DNA from: Salisapilia sapeloensis CBS 127946
Taxonomy: Eukaryota; Protista; Oomycota
Length of the DNA: 64,000 bases
Direction of reading: 5' to 3'
Assembly (NCBI GenBank): GCA_023334545.1
Contig: JAADVB010000041.1
Location: 1-64,000, forward strand
How positions within the stretch are numbered: the first letter of the stretch is position 1; each line of letters starts with the position of its first letter. Positions 44,501 to 55,366 of the stretch are shown here, piece after piece. The position numbers were made by a program, and so were the translations under genes. The notes under the pieces are model-generated. The model ran no database searches. It worked only from the letters and a program-made list of their open reading frames with translations, and was not told where the DNA came from.

Positions 44501-47500
44501 CCATTACAGCAGCACAAACTTTTCGCATCTGCTGATTCGGAAAAGCTCGCAGGGACCCCATTGCAATAAATGAATGACGCTCAAAATCTTCCTCAGGTAT
44601 CACATCAAACTTTGCATACGGGTAGTTACCACGGCTTCTGCTAACAGACGCATTTATTGTCCATTGAAGCTCCTCGCATGCTTTCAGCATTTCCGGCGTG
44701 AAGTTATTAACCGAGGATTTTCTTGCAATGTTGAACCGGTCGACAAAAGTGCCATCTCCACCTGCCCATTTCAATTCTAATCCGCTTGCCGAAGGGTACG
44801 AAACACATCGTTCAGTAACATCATCAAGCGCATCTACTTCTTCAATCCAGTGTGGCCCATAGCGATCAGGCTATTCGAGGTTTCAAGAAACGATCTTGAA
44901 AGAATTGGTGTGGAGCGAAAGATGACTATTCGTATTAACGGGACTACGCCAGTCTAGGCTGTACATGGATAATTCACTTAGCGACGAAGCGAGTGATCAT
45001 TAGAGTCCATTCAGAAATGACCGAGTAGCTCAATCACTCGTACAATTTTACGGCAGAGTAGTGCCTGAAATTCCTGGGTTTCCATAGAAGGTAGTGGGTT
45101 AGTGATAAATTGTGGCATTTCTCTCGCATTTCTTATAGCTCTTTCAATATGATATATATTTGCCCTCACTGCATGTAAACTGCTTCGAGCATCATTGAGT
45201 GGCCGGGCTGAGTAACGTCGCTGAGGGTGGGCATAAGGTCGAGCATTGAGCAGATCCTGCTCATTTTGATAGTGCTAGTGAGCATCCGGAAGCTGATCTT
45301 CTGCAGCACCTAATTCGACCTTTGAACACTCGACTTCAGCTTTTTTTCTTGAGAACTTTTTCCCGTTGTTACTTCACACAAGTCTCGATGCCTTGCTTCA
45401 CCTTGAGACGCACTCTATCATTCTCTGGGTCCGTTTCTGCCATTCTCTTGCCAAAGTCCAGCGTCCCATGCAGATAGCTCAAGTGAAAGATTGGATCCTT
45501 GCCATTCGTCCACGAGCGCAAGTACGAAGCCACATCATGAAGGGCAGTAACCGCCTCGTTATCCCGCAGCATGAGATGCTCAAGATCCTTGTAATTCAGT
45601 GCTGCGCTGTAATCTTTCGTAAAGGCCCACTTTCGAGCCACTTGCTGGTGTGTCAGAGCAAACGCAATCCAGCAGACAAGTACATGCCGGCTTATTTGCT
45701 TCATAACATCGACGGGGCTTTCAGACAGCTTCTTATTGGCAGCCCTTTTGTCGAAATGCGATGTGTGGTAATTCACAACATTCAGCAAGTCTTCTGCAGA
45801 TGGACCCTCAGGCGATCCAGAGCTATCACAAACACGCCTGGCTTGGATAAAGGTGTATATTTCAATCGCTCGTAGCACTTGCAGAATACGCGTAGTATCG
45901 GCACACTGCTCGGATGCAATGACGCCTACCCGGGTAAAAAGTTCTTGTATAGTACAAGTCGAACCTTCACAAAGGGTAGAGAACTCCAGCATCGGCAGTT
46001 GTCGAGCTTGTACTTTTTCCAGGTCGGGAGGTGTCAAGTAGATTTCTTGATAGCCGAATTCTTCGAGCTCAAAGTGCTTGAATGCCCATGCAGCTTGTTA
46101 TAAGCTGGCCCCAGTGTGGAGTTTGCCACTTGGAATTAAATCCGATGCGAAAAAGTCTTTTAATGTTATCTAATGTCGAACGGATGTGGCCACATCGCTC
46201 CACGAGTGTTTGTACATTGTAGCCGTCATCATGCAATGATACTCCTTTCATAACAACGCGTTGAATCATTTTTTGACATCTTCCAATAGATCCCAAAGTG
46301 GTGAAGGCTACTCATACATAAACAGGTAAATGAAGTTTGTGTACGTCGAAAACACATGAAGGTCAAACATCAGCATCACTTTATCAAAAAGAGCAACATC
46401 TCCAGGCAAGCTCTGTTTCACAGCTGCCCATACCAGTGCCTAGGACGTACCACGTACTTGTCCGCTAGTATAAAGGCCAATGTCAGTCGTACCAGCCCGA
46501 GACCCAGAATAGCCACCGATACGACCTAGTAATGGTTTCATCGCTCGCGTTACTAGGTTCGCAATAAGATGCGACGCCTTCTGATGTCCCAAATCATTTG
46601 CTGCTGCATTTCAATGTGACTTGTGGCGATTTTGTACCTCGCCAGCTCTGACCAAAACGCTTTATAAAACTTTTCCAGCGATGAAATCTCGATTGTATCG
46701 CAATCAATCACGGACATCGACTCAGGTACAGCGGATTGGACTGAGCTTGCAGGTGACAGTACATGAACAACACGTTTCCAGCTATCACGATAGACCAGTC
46801 CCACGTCCATATCGAAAACACTAGCCACCTGAGTCTGAATTACACAGCCGTAATCAGGCATCCAAAGCACACACCGAAACCCACTCTATCTTGAGTCTAG
46901 AAAGTCGTTCTAAACCTCCGCTTTGGGGCGCAGAAGGTCACAAGCAGCTTTCAAAAGCTGCACTTCGTTCGTCAAGAACTGCGCCACTTGGAGATCACAA
47001 TCACTTAACACTGTATTCTCCACTAAAGCTTCCTTGTCTTCCACTACATCGGGGCCTTCTATCGGCTTAATGGGCTTTACAAATCTTGTAAGATGGCTGC
47101 CAAATACTAGCAAGTTTGAGCTGACTGGTCTCAAGATGGACGACGATGCTGAAGCTGTTCCACAAGCAAAATTAGCTTCGTTATATCCGATTCTGACACA
47201 TCCATGGCTCAACACGGGTTGTAGACGTTTTCTCGCAGTCCAGGTTTTTTATCGGCTTGACCTCTAGCTCGCAAGTAGCGGAATTGGCCTTTCCAAACAA
47301 AGGACTGACTGCGTTGAAGTTTAGCGGATGATATCGTTGCACGAGGAAGCTTGGACATGCGTGATAGAGTCTCTTCGCAGGTCCAAACACATGCACCGGG
47401 TTGATTAATGGAACTTCTTTAAAGGGATGTAAAAAGTTCATGAAATAAAAGCCGAGTTCGTGCGTTCCAGGCACACCACAAGACCTGTCTTGTTTAAATC

Positions 47501-47642
47501 GACCAAAATATTTTGGATAGAAGTATATCATAACTACAGTTGTACATTTCGAGCTGAGTGGATAGCATAGTGAAGCTTCGTGTAAAGATATATATATATA
47601 TATATCGCGTAGCGTGTCGGCATGGGTGTATCCAGACAACAT
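38515..47642 (-). pseudogene. Decayed giant DUF3638/DUF3645 protein gene (about 3000 codons)
   Basis: Collinear minus-strand motifs broken by stops and frameshifts: FLHPF (~47.4k), GSLRAFPNQQMRKVC (~44.5k), WLPFEVEGCIQIR and QLNMGRGKTRVILPML (~41.7k), VAPERRLSLKLK and E*YIDILDQSDALLHYKYHLVYA (~41.3k), KRLAVRFRVAGLTSDRSEFSQ (~40.65k, DUF3645), GFSGTKDN (~40.27k), RAADM*L..TLGP..KDKLMQGAGRLRQLG (~39.75k), RGNGHKWQRSEL (~38.6k). Confidence 0.85.
47588..47605. repeat. (AT)9 microsatellite
   Basis: ATATATATATATATATAT inside the 5' part of the DUF3638 pseudogene. Confidence 0.9.
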
Positions 47643-47699
47643 ATGCGGTTTGAAGGAAGCATCATGCACTCGTAGCTATTGCTCAACGTTTGTAAATTA

Positions 47700-48480
47700 A
47701 CGTTCGAAACTTTTGTAAATGGTGTTTAGAGGAAACCATTTACCTGCCTTTGCACATATCCACTTAAGAATATCCAAAAGATTGGATGTAGTGACTTTAG
47801 TCCATGACAGCATGAGAAACCCCTTTAGCTCCGTGATGGTAAAGCTGTTTAATCACGCGATAGTGTCCATGCTTGGCTACCGTTTCACTTTTTAAATTAA
47901 AAATACTCGCTTTGAGTGTCTATGAATATGACGGTAATTGGCTTCTAGAAAAATGTGGGGTAGTTTGCATGTTTCCAAGCCTCGAATATCAATATTCGGA
48001 ACAATCAGCTCGAGTGTCTCTCTCGTCATATTGATTGCCGGGTTGAATGGATCAATTGGACAATCCTGTGAACTCGACACGCAAAATGGATTGAAATTCA
48101 CGAGGCTTATGTGATTGCATTCTCCGCTGGCGATTATGCAAGTGTGTAGACTATCGTCTTGATACGAGATTGTTGAGTGAATAGAAATCAAGTCATGTGA
48201 CTGATGTAGTGTCGCTGTTACTGAATAGGTGGCGGCTGAACGGAAATGAAGTATTGCATATTGGTCATTTCGAGATAGCTTTTCCAACATTGGCATGGAA
48301 TCGTTGGTGTTTAGAGCTGATCTCTCCATCGCATAACCTTTTGCCTATGTTTCTGTCCGTATAAAATCGCCTGATGAGTGAATTTCGTGTCGATACACAT
48401 GCTGATCGCTTGCCATTGTCCCTCATGTAGGCTGACTCAAGCACATGAAAGAAACTCTGGTAGAAGAGCTTGCACTGAAA
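47700..48480 (-). pseudogene. Degenerate ankyrin-repeat gene remnant
   Basis: Frame-broken pieces ESAYMRGQWQAI, VAKHGHYRVIKQLYHHGAKGVSHAVMD* and SNLLDILKWI resemble the repeats of the intact gene at 3556-5289. Confidence 0.5.
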
Positions 48481-48549
48481 GAAAAGAGTTACGAAAGAAG
48501 ATGGTCATCCCTCTGCATACTTCAAACGAAATGGAGTATTCGTATAAAT

Positions 48550-49984
48550 CTATATTTTCCCTGACAGGACTGCCTTGGCGTCTGCAATATTCATCTGACA
48601 CATCTTGATCATCTATATTACAAGTATCAAACCATAATCTTCTTCCAGATAAAAATGCACATGCAGTCGTACCTTGTGAAGCTGTTTTGTAAGATACTCG
48701 CCAGCTGCATGAGTATGTAAAGTTTGATTTAAGTATTGGACACTCAAGTTCAACTTCTCAATGGCATACAAATAAAACGCCTCCTTCATAAGAACGTTTC
48801 CTTGCTTCATAAGCTCCTGAATCTTTACCAAGCTATCTTGGAGAGAAACGGAAGTCACCTGCACTATGCCACTACCATGTCTTGTATGACCAGTATCCGA
48901 AGGATCTATCAACCATACCACATTCTTCGTAAGCAGGTATGGTCTGAACGTGGCTAAAAGAAAGCTTACTAGGGTCTGATGATGCCTTCGTGATCTTATT
49001 AGTGCATCTCTCCAATGCAGATGCAGAGTACTCTTCATTTGAATCCTATAAGACATATTGCCTGTAAGCTGTTAAAGAGACATAAAGAGTGATATGATTA
49101 CAAGTTCGACGGCTCGATTGAAATGTACTAGCGCTAGAAGGGTCGCATCTACACGATGAGTTGAGTCTACAGACCATTTGCTTGAATACTCGACTACTTT
49201 GCTTACCCATTCGCTCGAATGCTATTCCACGCAACTTCCATGCTTCTACGCAATGCCCGTGTCGAAGGAGGACTTGTTTCAAGGCATCTGTAGCATCCGC
49301 TAGTCTTTCTCCTTGTAATTCGCAACGGCTGAGTCCCAAATACAGGTCTTTGTACATCGTCTGTAGCATACTGCCAATATCGTTAGCTACACTCGCCTTG
49401 TCTTTAGACGGTGTACTTTTGTCTTTGCAGCATGAATGGCTGTTATGTAGGTCTTCATTCGATTTCGTAGGACAGTTCATGTCCATCTCACGGTCATCCT
49501 GTTGTTCTTGATTTTCTGGAGACGCAAACTTTTTTAAGCGAGGCAAAAGATCTTTTAACTCATCTGCTGCTTCGATTGCTTGTTGCAATAAGCCTCTTGC
49601 CTCTTGTAGATCACCTCCTTTCTCTAGTGCTTTCTCTCCTCGATTACGATTGTCCAAAATCGTTGTCAACAGTTCATGCTTTCTCTGCATGCATGCTGAT
49701 CTTTCTTCCAGCTGCTGAACATCAGCTTCTTTGTTATTTTTGGTACCAACAGTGGTCTTCTGCTTTCTCTTTCTCTTCGCTTTAAGAGCAGCTACTTTGG
49801 CATGCGCAGCCGCCGCCTCAGCTGACCTTTGACTCGACTCGGCAGCTTTTGCTTCTGCAAGTCGTTGTCGCTGCTGCTGTCTACTCTTTTCTTTTTCTTT
49901 CTCCTCTCTTTCTGCCTGTACATCAACTTCTTCTAGCTCCTTATCCACATTAAACCGCTCCCAAGCAGCGTACGATCGCTCCAT
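48550..49984 (-). CDS. TPR-containing co-chaperone-like protein (RPAP3/TTC12/SPAG1-type N-terminal motif), multi-exon, 3' end uncertain
   Basis: MERSYAAWERFNVDKELEEVD (YxxWxxFDVD motif), coiled coil, TPR-like ATDALKQVL..VEAWKLRGIAFERM|DATLLALVHFNRAVEL and KQGNVLMKEAFYLYAIEK. Confidence 0.7.
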
Positions 49985-50336
49985 GGTCCTCTCGTCGATC
50001 TTTTAAAGCTTGCGCCTTTTCACAGTATGCACATCCAAATGTGAAAATCAACAAATAGACTCCAATAAAAACTTTTGTATCAAAGATGATACTACTACTA
50101 GGTCCTTGTTAATCAAAGTATCGAAGTAATCAACGGAAAGATAAGAAAACACCCTGTACATCCCTTTTTTCAATCATCCTCTAGTAGCTATTAGAAAGGC
50201 ACCGTATTCTTGTAAGAAAGCATGCATGAACTCATCTAGAACTGATCACCGGAAGAGATCAAGCTAAGCTCAGTATGCAAAATACCTAGTCTTTAAACTT
50301 ACTTTTTGTATAGCATACAATTCTCCATATGATTAT

Positions 50337-50361
50337 TTTTACCGCCAAAACGCTTCGCGCC
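50337..50361 (+). promoter_or_regulatory. Putative E2F/DP sites upstream of POLA1
   Basis: TTTTACCGCCAAAA (reverse strand TTTGGCGG) at 50337-50350 plus TTCGCGCC at 50354-50361, 60-80 nt upstream of the ATG. Confidence 0.55.
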
Positions 50362-50419
50362 AGTAACCAAAAAGCTACCAGAGGATCAAGCGCATTCAGT
50401 GCCTTCTCTTGAAGCTGAC

Positions 50420-53400
50420 ATGAGTACGCGTCGATCAGCTCGGTCTACACAGTCCGTGGCACCTGGCACGGGTGGCTCAGGACGTAGTAGTGCTTTGGAA
50501 GAAATTAAAAAGCTGCGTGCGAATGGCTCTCAACTGTCTGCGCTGGAGAGCTCGTCTCGCGTTGCATCTTACAAGCCAAGTGAAGATAGCCTCTTTAAAA
50601 CAGTCACGGAAGACGAGTATGAAGAGCTAGTACGCAATCGACGGTCGCAGCTCCCGTTTGTCGAGAATGATGACCATGGCATGGGCTACTTTGACGATGG
50701 CGAAGAGCAGTTCTTTGACTCGAATGACGAATACGATGATGAAGAAATGGTGGATCCGGATGAAGAAGACGGAAAAGGCAAGAAACGTGGTGCGGGTGCA
50801 CTTAGCAGCTCGTACATTCGTCGGGCAAAAAAGTTGCAACGAGCAAAACTTGGTACGAAAGGTGACCAGAAGATCACCAACATGTTCTTTACTTCGCAAA
50901 ATGGAAAGTCAAAAGGTGGCGCAAAAGCTGCTGCTGCAAAAGGCAAGAAGGATATCGATCTGGACAGTATGCTTAACGACTTGACCAGTAATCCGAACGA
51001 ATCGACCTTGTATTATGCGCCGACAACGTCCTACAGCGCGCCCTCAAAGCCCTCTACTACCTACACTCATACGGAAGAGATTGAAGACGAAGAAGACTGG
51101 CAGAACGAGATGAACCAGGACGATGACGTCGTTGTCGACGAAGATGAAGACATGGAACCGCTAGCCAGTCCAGCGACAGTAACAGACGAAGTGGAGATGG
51201 ATAAAGCCAATATCGATGCCGGCACACCTGAAAAGGTTGAACCTATTAAAGAAGAAGCCACTCCCAAGTTGTCGAAGCGAGCTCAGCTGCTGCGTCAGAA
51301 GGCGCACCAGACGCAATTAAAGACCTCCAAGCCGACAATCTCCCACACACAGCCGCCTGTCAAGACAGAAGCAGTCGACAAGGACTCAGCTCCGTACATG
51401 AGCCACGTTCCATCGAACGAAGTTTCAGAGTGGTGGAATCAAAGTAGCACCGACACTCTCGACGTCACAAGTTCGAAGCACCACGCCGAAATCTCGTCGG
51501 ATGCCGTACACTTATTCTGGATGGACGCTGTCGAAGTGCGTGATCGTCCTGGAAAGCTGTATTTAATCGGCAAGAAGCAAAAGGAGGACGGCTCGAACGA
51601 CCTTGAATCCTGCTGTGTCGTCGTGAATGAACTGCCTCGTGTCATGTACCTCGTTCCGAAGCAAAACTTGACCGACATGACGAAAGAAGAGCGTCAGGAA
51701 GCGTGGATGAGCATGCACACTGAAATCCGATCGTTACTCATCCCTTCCTGTATCACTGGGAAAGTGGATCAACAGCGTTTCCAGTCGAAACTCGTGCAAC
51801 GTGACTATGCGTTCGAAGAAAGCGACATTCCACGTGGTAAGAACTGGTATTTAAAAGTACAATACGCAGCCAAGTACCCTGCTCCGGCGTCTCACGTCGT
51901 GGAGAACGGTGGCAAGACGTTTTCTCGTATCTGCGGAGCTTTCACTCGTCCTCTTGAGAACTTTTTAATCAAGCGAAAGCTGCTCGGACCTGGTTGGATC
52001 TCGATCAAGAACGTCGCCAAGTGCAAAGAGTCGACTTCCTTTTGTACATCTGAGTTTGAGACGTTTGATCCGAGCCACGTAGAGCCGCTGCTTGGTCAGT
52101 CCGTGCAATCTCCTCCTCTCAAGGTCGCCAGTCTTAGTGTCAAGACCGTATGTAACCGTACAACTGGCAAGCATGAAGTCGTTGCTTTATCTGCTTTGAC
52201 CGAGAGCAATGTGAATCCGGACGGTAAAGGACACAAGGGAGGACGGAAGCTGTCTCACTTCACGTGCATCCGGCCTCTAGAGAATGGATTCCCTCAAGAG
52301 TACGTGAACAAGGCGATGGAAGACCCTCGCTTCAGTGGTCCAGGTGACAAGCTGCGTGTAGAACCGAATGAACGGGCGATGCTGTCCTACTTTCTCAATC
52401 GACTGCAGCGTGAAGATCCAGACGTGATTGTCGGTCATAATCTCCATAGCTACCTCTTGGATCTCATCGTGTCTCGTATCGATCATTATAAACTCGGAGG
52501 CCTCTGGTCCAAGATCACGCGTCTACGTCGTGGTCGACTCACGCCGTTGAACATGGGCGAAGGATGGAATGAATACCGTCTAGACGATCTCCTAAACGGA
52601 CGACTGCTGTGCGATACCTACGTGTCATCGAAAGAACTGCTTCCATCGCAAAGCGACTACTCGTTAACGTACTTGGTCCAGTCGCAACTTCACAAGACTC
52701 GTGTCGACGTTGAAATGACAGACCTTCCGCAGCTTCTAACATCAGGTGCAGATAACTTTGTCAAGCTCCTGCGGCACACACTTGACGACGGCATGTTCGT
52801 CTTGCAGCTCATGCACTCTCTAGAAGTACTTCCGCTTAGTAAGCAACTCGCCAACCTCTGTGGGTACCTCTGGCCACGTACGTTAGAAGGAAATAAGCGT
52901 TCGGAACGTATGGAGTTCCTCTTACTCCACGAATTCAGTCGAAAGGAACGCAAGTTCCTCATTCCAGACAAGCAACGTCCAAAGGAAAAGAGCAAAAAGA
53001 CTCGAAAGCGAGATCCGGCGTATGCTGGTGGTATGGTCTTTGCGCCTCAGAAAGGTCTGTACGACAATTACGTCGTCCTGCTCGACTTTATGAGTCTTTA
53101 CCCTTCGATCATCCGAGAGTACAACATTTGCTTCACGACCGTCGATCGGAAGCTCCAGTCGGAGGATGAAGAGGTAGAAGTACCGCCACTACCGTCATCT
53201 AACGCAGAGGCAGGCGTCCTCCCAGATGTCTTCAAGCGTCTACTAGAGTCTCGAAAGCAAGTAAAAGCACAGCTAAAGGTTGAGACGAAGAATAATAACG
53301 TCGAAGCAGCCCAGCGTCTCGACATTCGTCAGAAAGCGATTAAACTCACAGCCAACGCCTTGTACGGATGTCTCGGTCTCAAGCACTCGCGCTTCCATGC

Positions 53401-54941
53401 CAAACCGATTGCTGCGTTGATCACAGCCACTGGTCGACAGACGCTGCAGAGAGCAAAGGAAGTGGCAGAGCAAGAGTGCGGATATGACGTCGTCTACGGA
53501 GATACAGACTCGATCATGGTGGATACCAAGGCGCAGGACGTGGCTGAAGCACAACGTGTAGGTAACGAAGTCATGGCGCAGTGTAACAAGCACTTTAAGC
53601 TGCTGGAACTCGAGGTGGACTACCTCTTTAAGACTATTCTGCTGCTGAATAAGAAAAAGTATGCTGCGTTGGTGGTACAGGATGCATCCAATCCAGAGGA
53701 CGTCAAGTGCAAGAAGGACGTCAAGGGTCTCGATATGGTCCGTCGAGACTGGTGTCCGCTGTCAAAGCAAGCTGGGCATGACGTCCTAGATGTCATCCTC
53801 TCTGGAGCTGCACGAGACGACGTGGTAGACAAGATCCATGACTATCTAGAAGCTCTTGCCTCTCGCGTACGTACGGAAGAAACTGCTTTGGATGATTTTG
53901 TCATCACCAAGTCGCTGAACAAGGCGCCAGAGCAGTATCCTGACAGTCAACGTCAGCCGCATGTGCAAGTCGCCTTAGCTCTCAAGCAACAGGGTAAACC
54001 GATTGGAGCTGGCACACACATTTCCTACGTCATGTGCAAGCAGGAGGAAGGCGGATCTGGTCGGAAGGCGTATCATCCGGAAGAGGTGAAGCGATCCATG
54101 GGCAAGTTGGAATTGGATCTCGAGTGGTACCTCGAGTCTCAAGTGCATCCGCCAGTCAACCGTCTGTGCGCACATATCGATGGAACGAGTAGTGCCCAGC
54201 TAGCCCATTGCCTCGGTCTTGACACGAAGAAATTTTCGCATAATATGGAAGAGGAAGTGGAAAACGATGTCATCCCGAGTGTGCTCCAGGATGACTCGGA
54301 GAGATTCCAGAACTGCTCTCCTCTGCGTGTGACGTGTAGAAGGTGTCAGGAAGAGAATGTCTTCCCTGGTGTACTCGATCCCATTTCAAGCAAGAGCGGT
54401 ATGGTGTGTCCGAATGCATCTTGTGGCGCGAATCTCTGGGGGTATGATCAGGAAGGCATCAATGGTACACCTGGAGACGATTTACTGTCTCTCTTGTCGA
54501 ACAAGGTGCATCTGGGTGTACGAGAGATTACGAAAAAGTATTATCTAGGATGGACGCAGTGTCTCGACAGCACTTGTAAGTTGAGGACGCAAAAGCAGAG
54601 TCTGAGAGGAAAAGGGGACAGATGCGCGGATCCACGATGTCGGTCGCAAGTGTCGCTGGAAGTACCAGATGAAGTCGTGTACACCCAGCTCAAGTACTTT
54701 GCGTCGTTGTTTGACGTCGAGAGAGCGCAGAGCAAGCTTGAGGAGAAGGGAAAACCGAGGGTCAATGTGGATGCGAGACACGCCGAGATCTTCCATGTAC
54801 TACATAAGCAGGCGGAAAAGGTATTTTATTATGCAGTGTATAGTAGGAGAGGAGATGCTAATGAGGTTGATGATGTAGACGGTGCGCCAGAACGACTTTA
54901 ATTGGGTCAAGCCATCTATTTGGCAATCGCTCTTTGTCTAG
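50420..54941 (+). CDS. POLA1: DNA polymerase alpha catalytic subunit, 2 exons
   Basis: DGMGYFDDGEE, LFWMDA, DPDVIVGHN, LLDFMSLYPSII, YGDTDS, C-terminal Cys4 zinc modules. Intron 54821-54878 gives the true end TVRQNDFNWVKPSIWQSLFV*; the track ORF reads into this intron. Confidence 0.97.
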
Positions 54942-55366
54942 ATTGGACGATAGCCTCTATAATTGAAAAAGGGCTACTTGATGTGTCTACTTAGTGCTTA
55001 AAAGTTGTTGGAAAGGGTCATCAATGAACTGCACATATCTAGCCGTATCTAAATGCATCTTGCGATCACTATACTCATAGCAAAAGCTATCATACCCTCT
55101 TTATAAACCAAACCACGATTGTATTCGTTCGGCTAGGCTAATGGAATGTGTCAAGCTCAATAGATGGTTAGCTAGTACTCGTGCACTAAATCATTCTCTT
55201 CACCTGACCAACATTCCGCTCAACTTCTACGAAACTACGATGTTGAAGTTAGTGACATTATAATTAGAAGCGTGCCAAATGGTACACCCTACACAACATC
55301 AGCCAACCAACACACCAAGTAGCAATTGGCCTCGTCTAGACTCCTGTGCACTTGCCTACATCGGTC

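Noticed and set aside
36900-48550. Intact transposon or Starship-like element
   Set aside because: No transposase, tyrosine recombinase, reverse transcriptase, terminal repeats or target-site duplication seen by eye.
54821-54901. POLA1 C-terminus VFYYAVYSRRGDANEVDDVDGAPERL from the ORF track
   Set aside because: It is intron read-through; splicing 54821-54878 gives a plausible Pol alpha ending NWVKPSIWQSLF.
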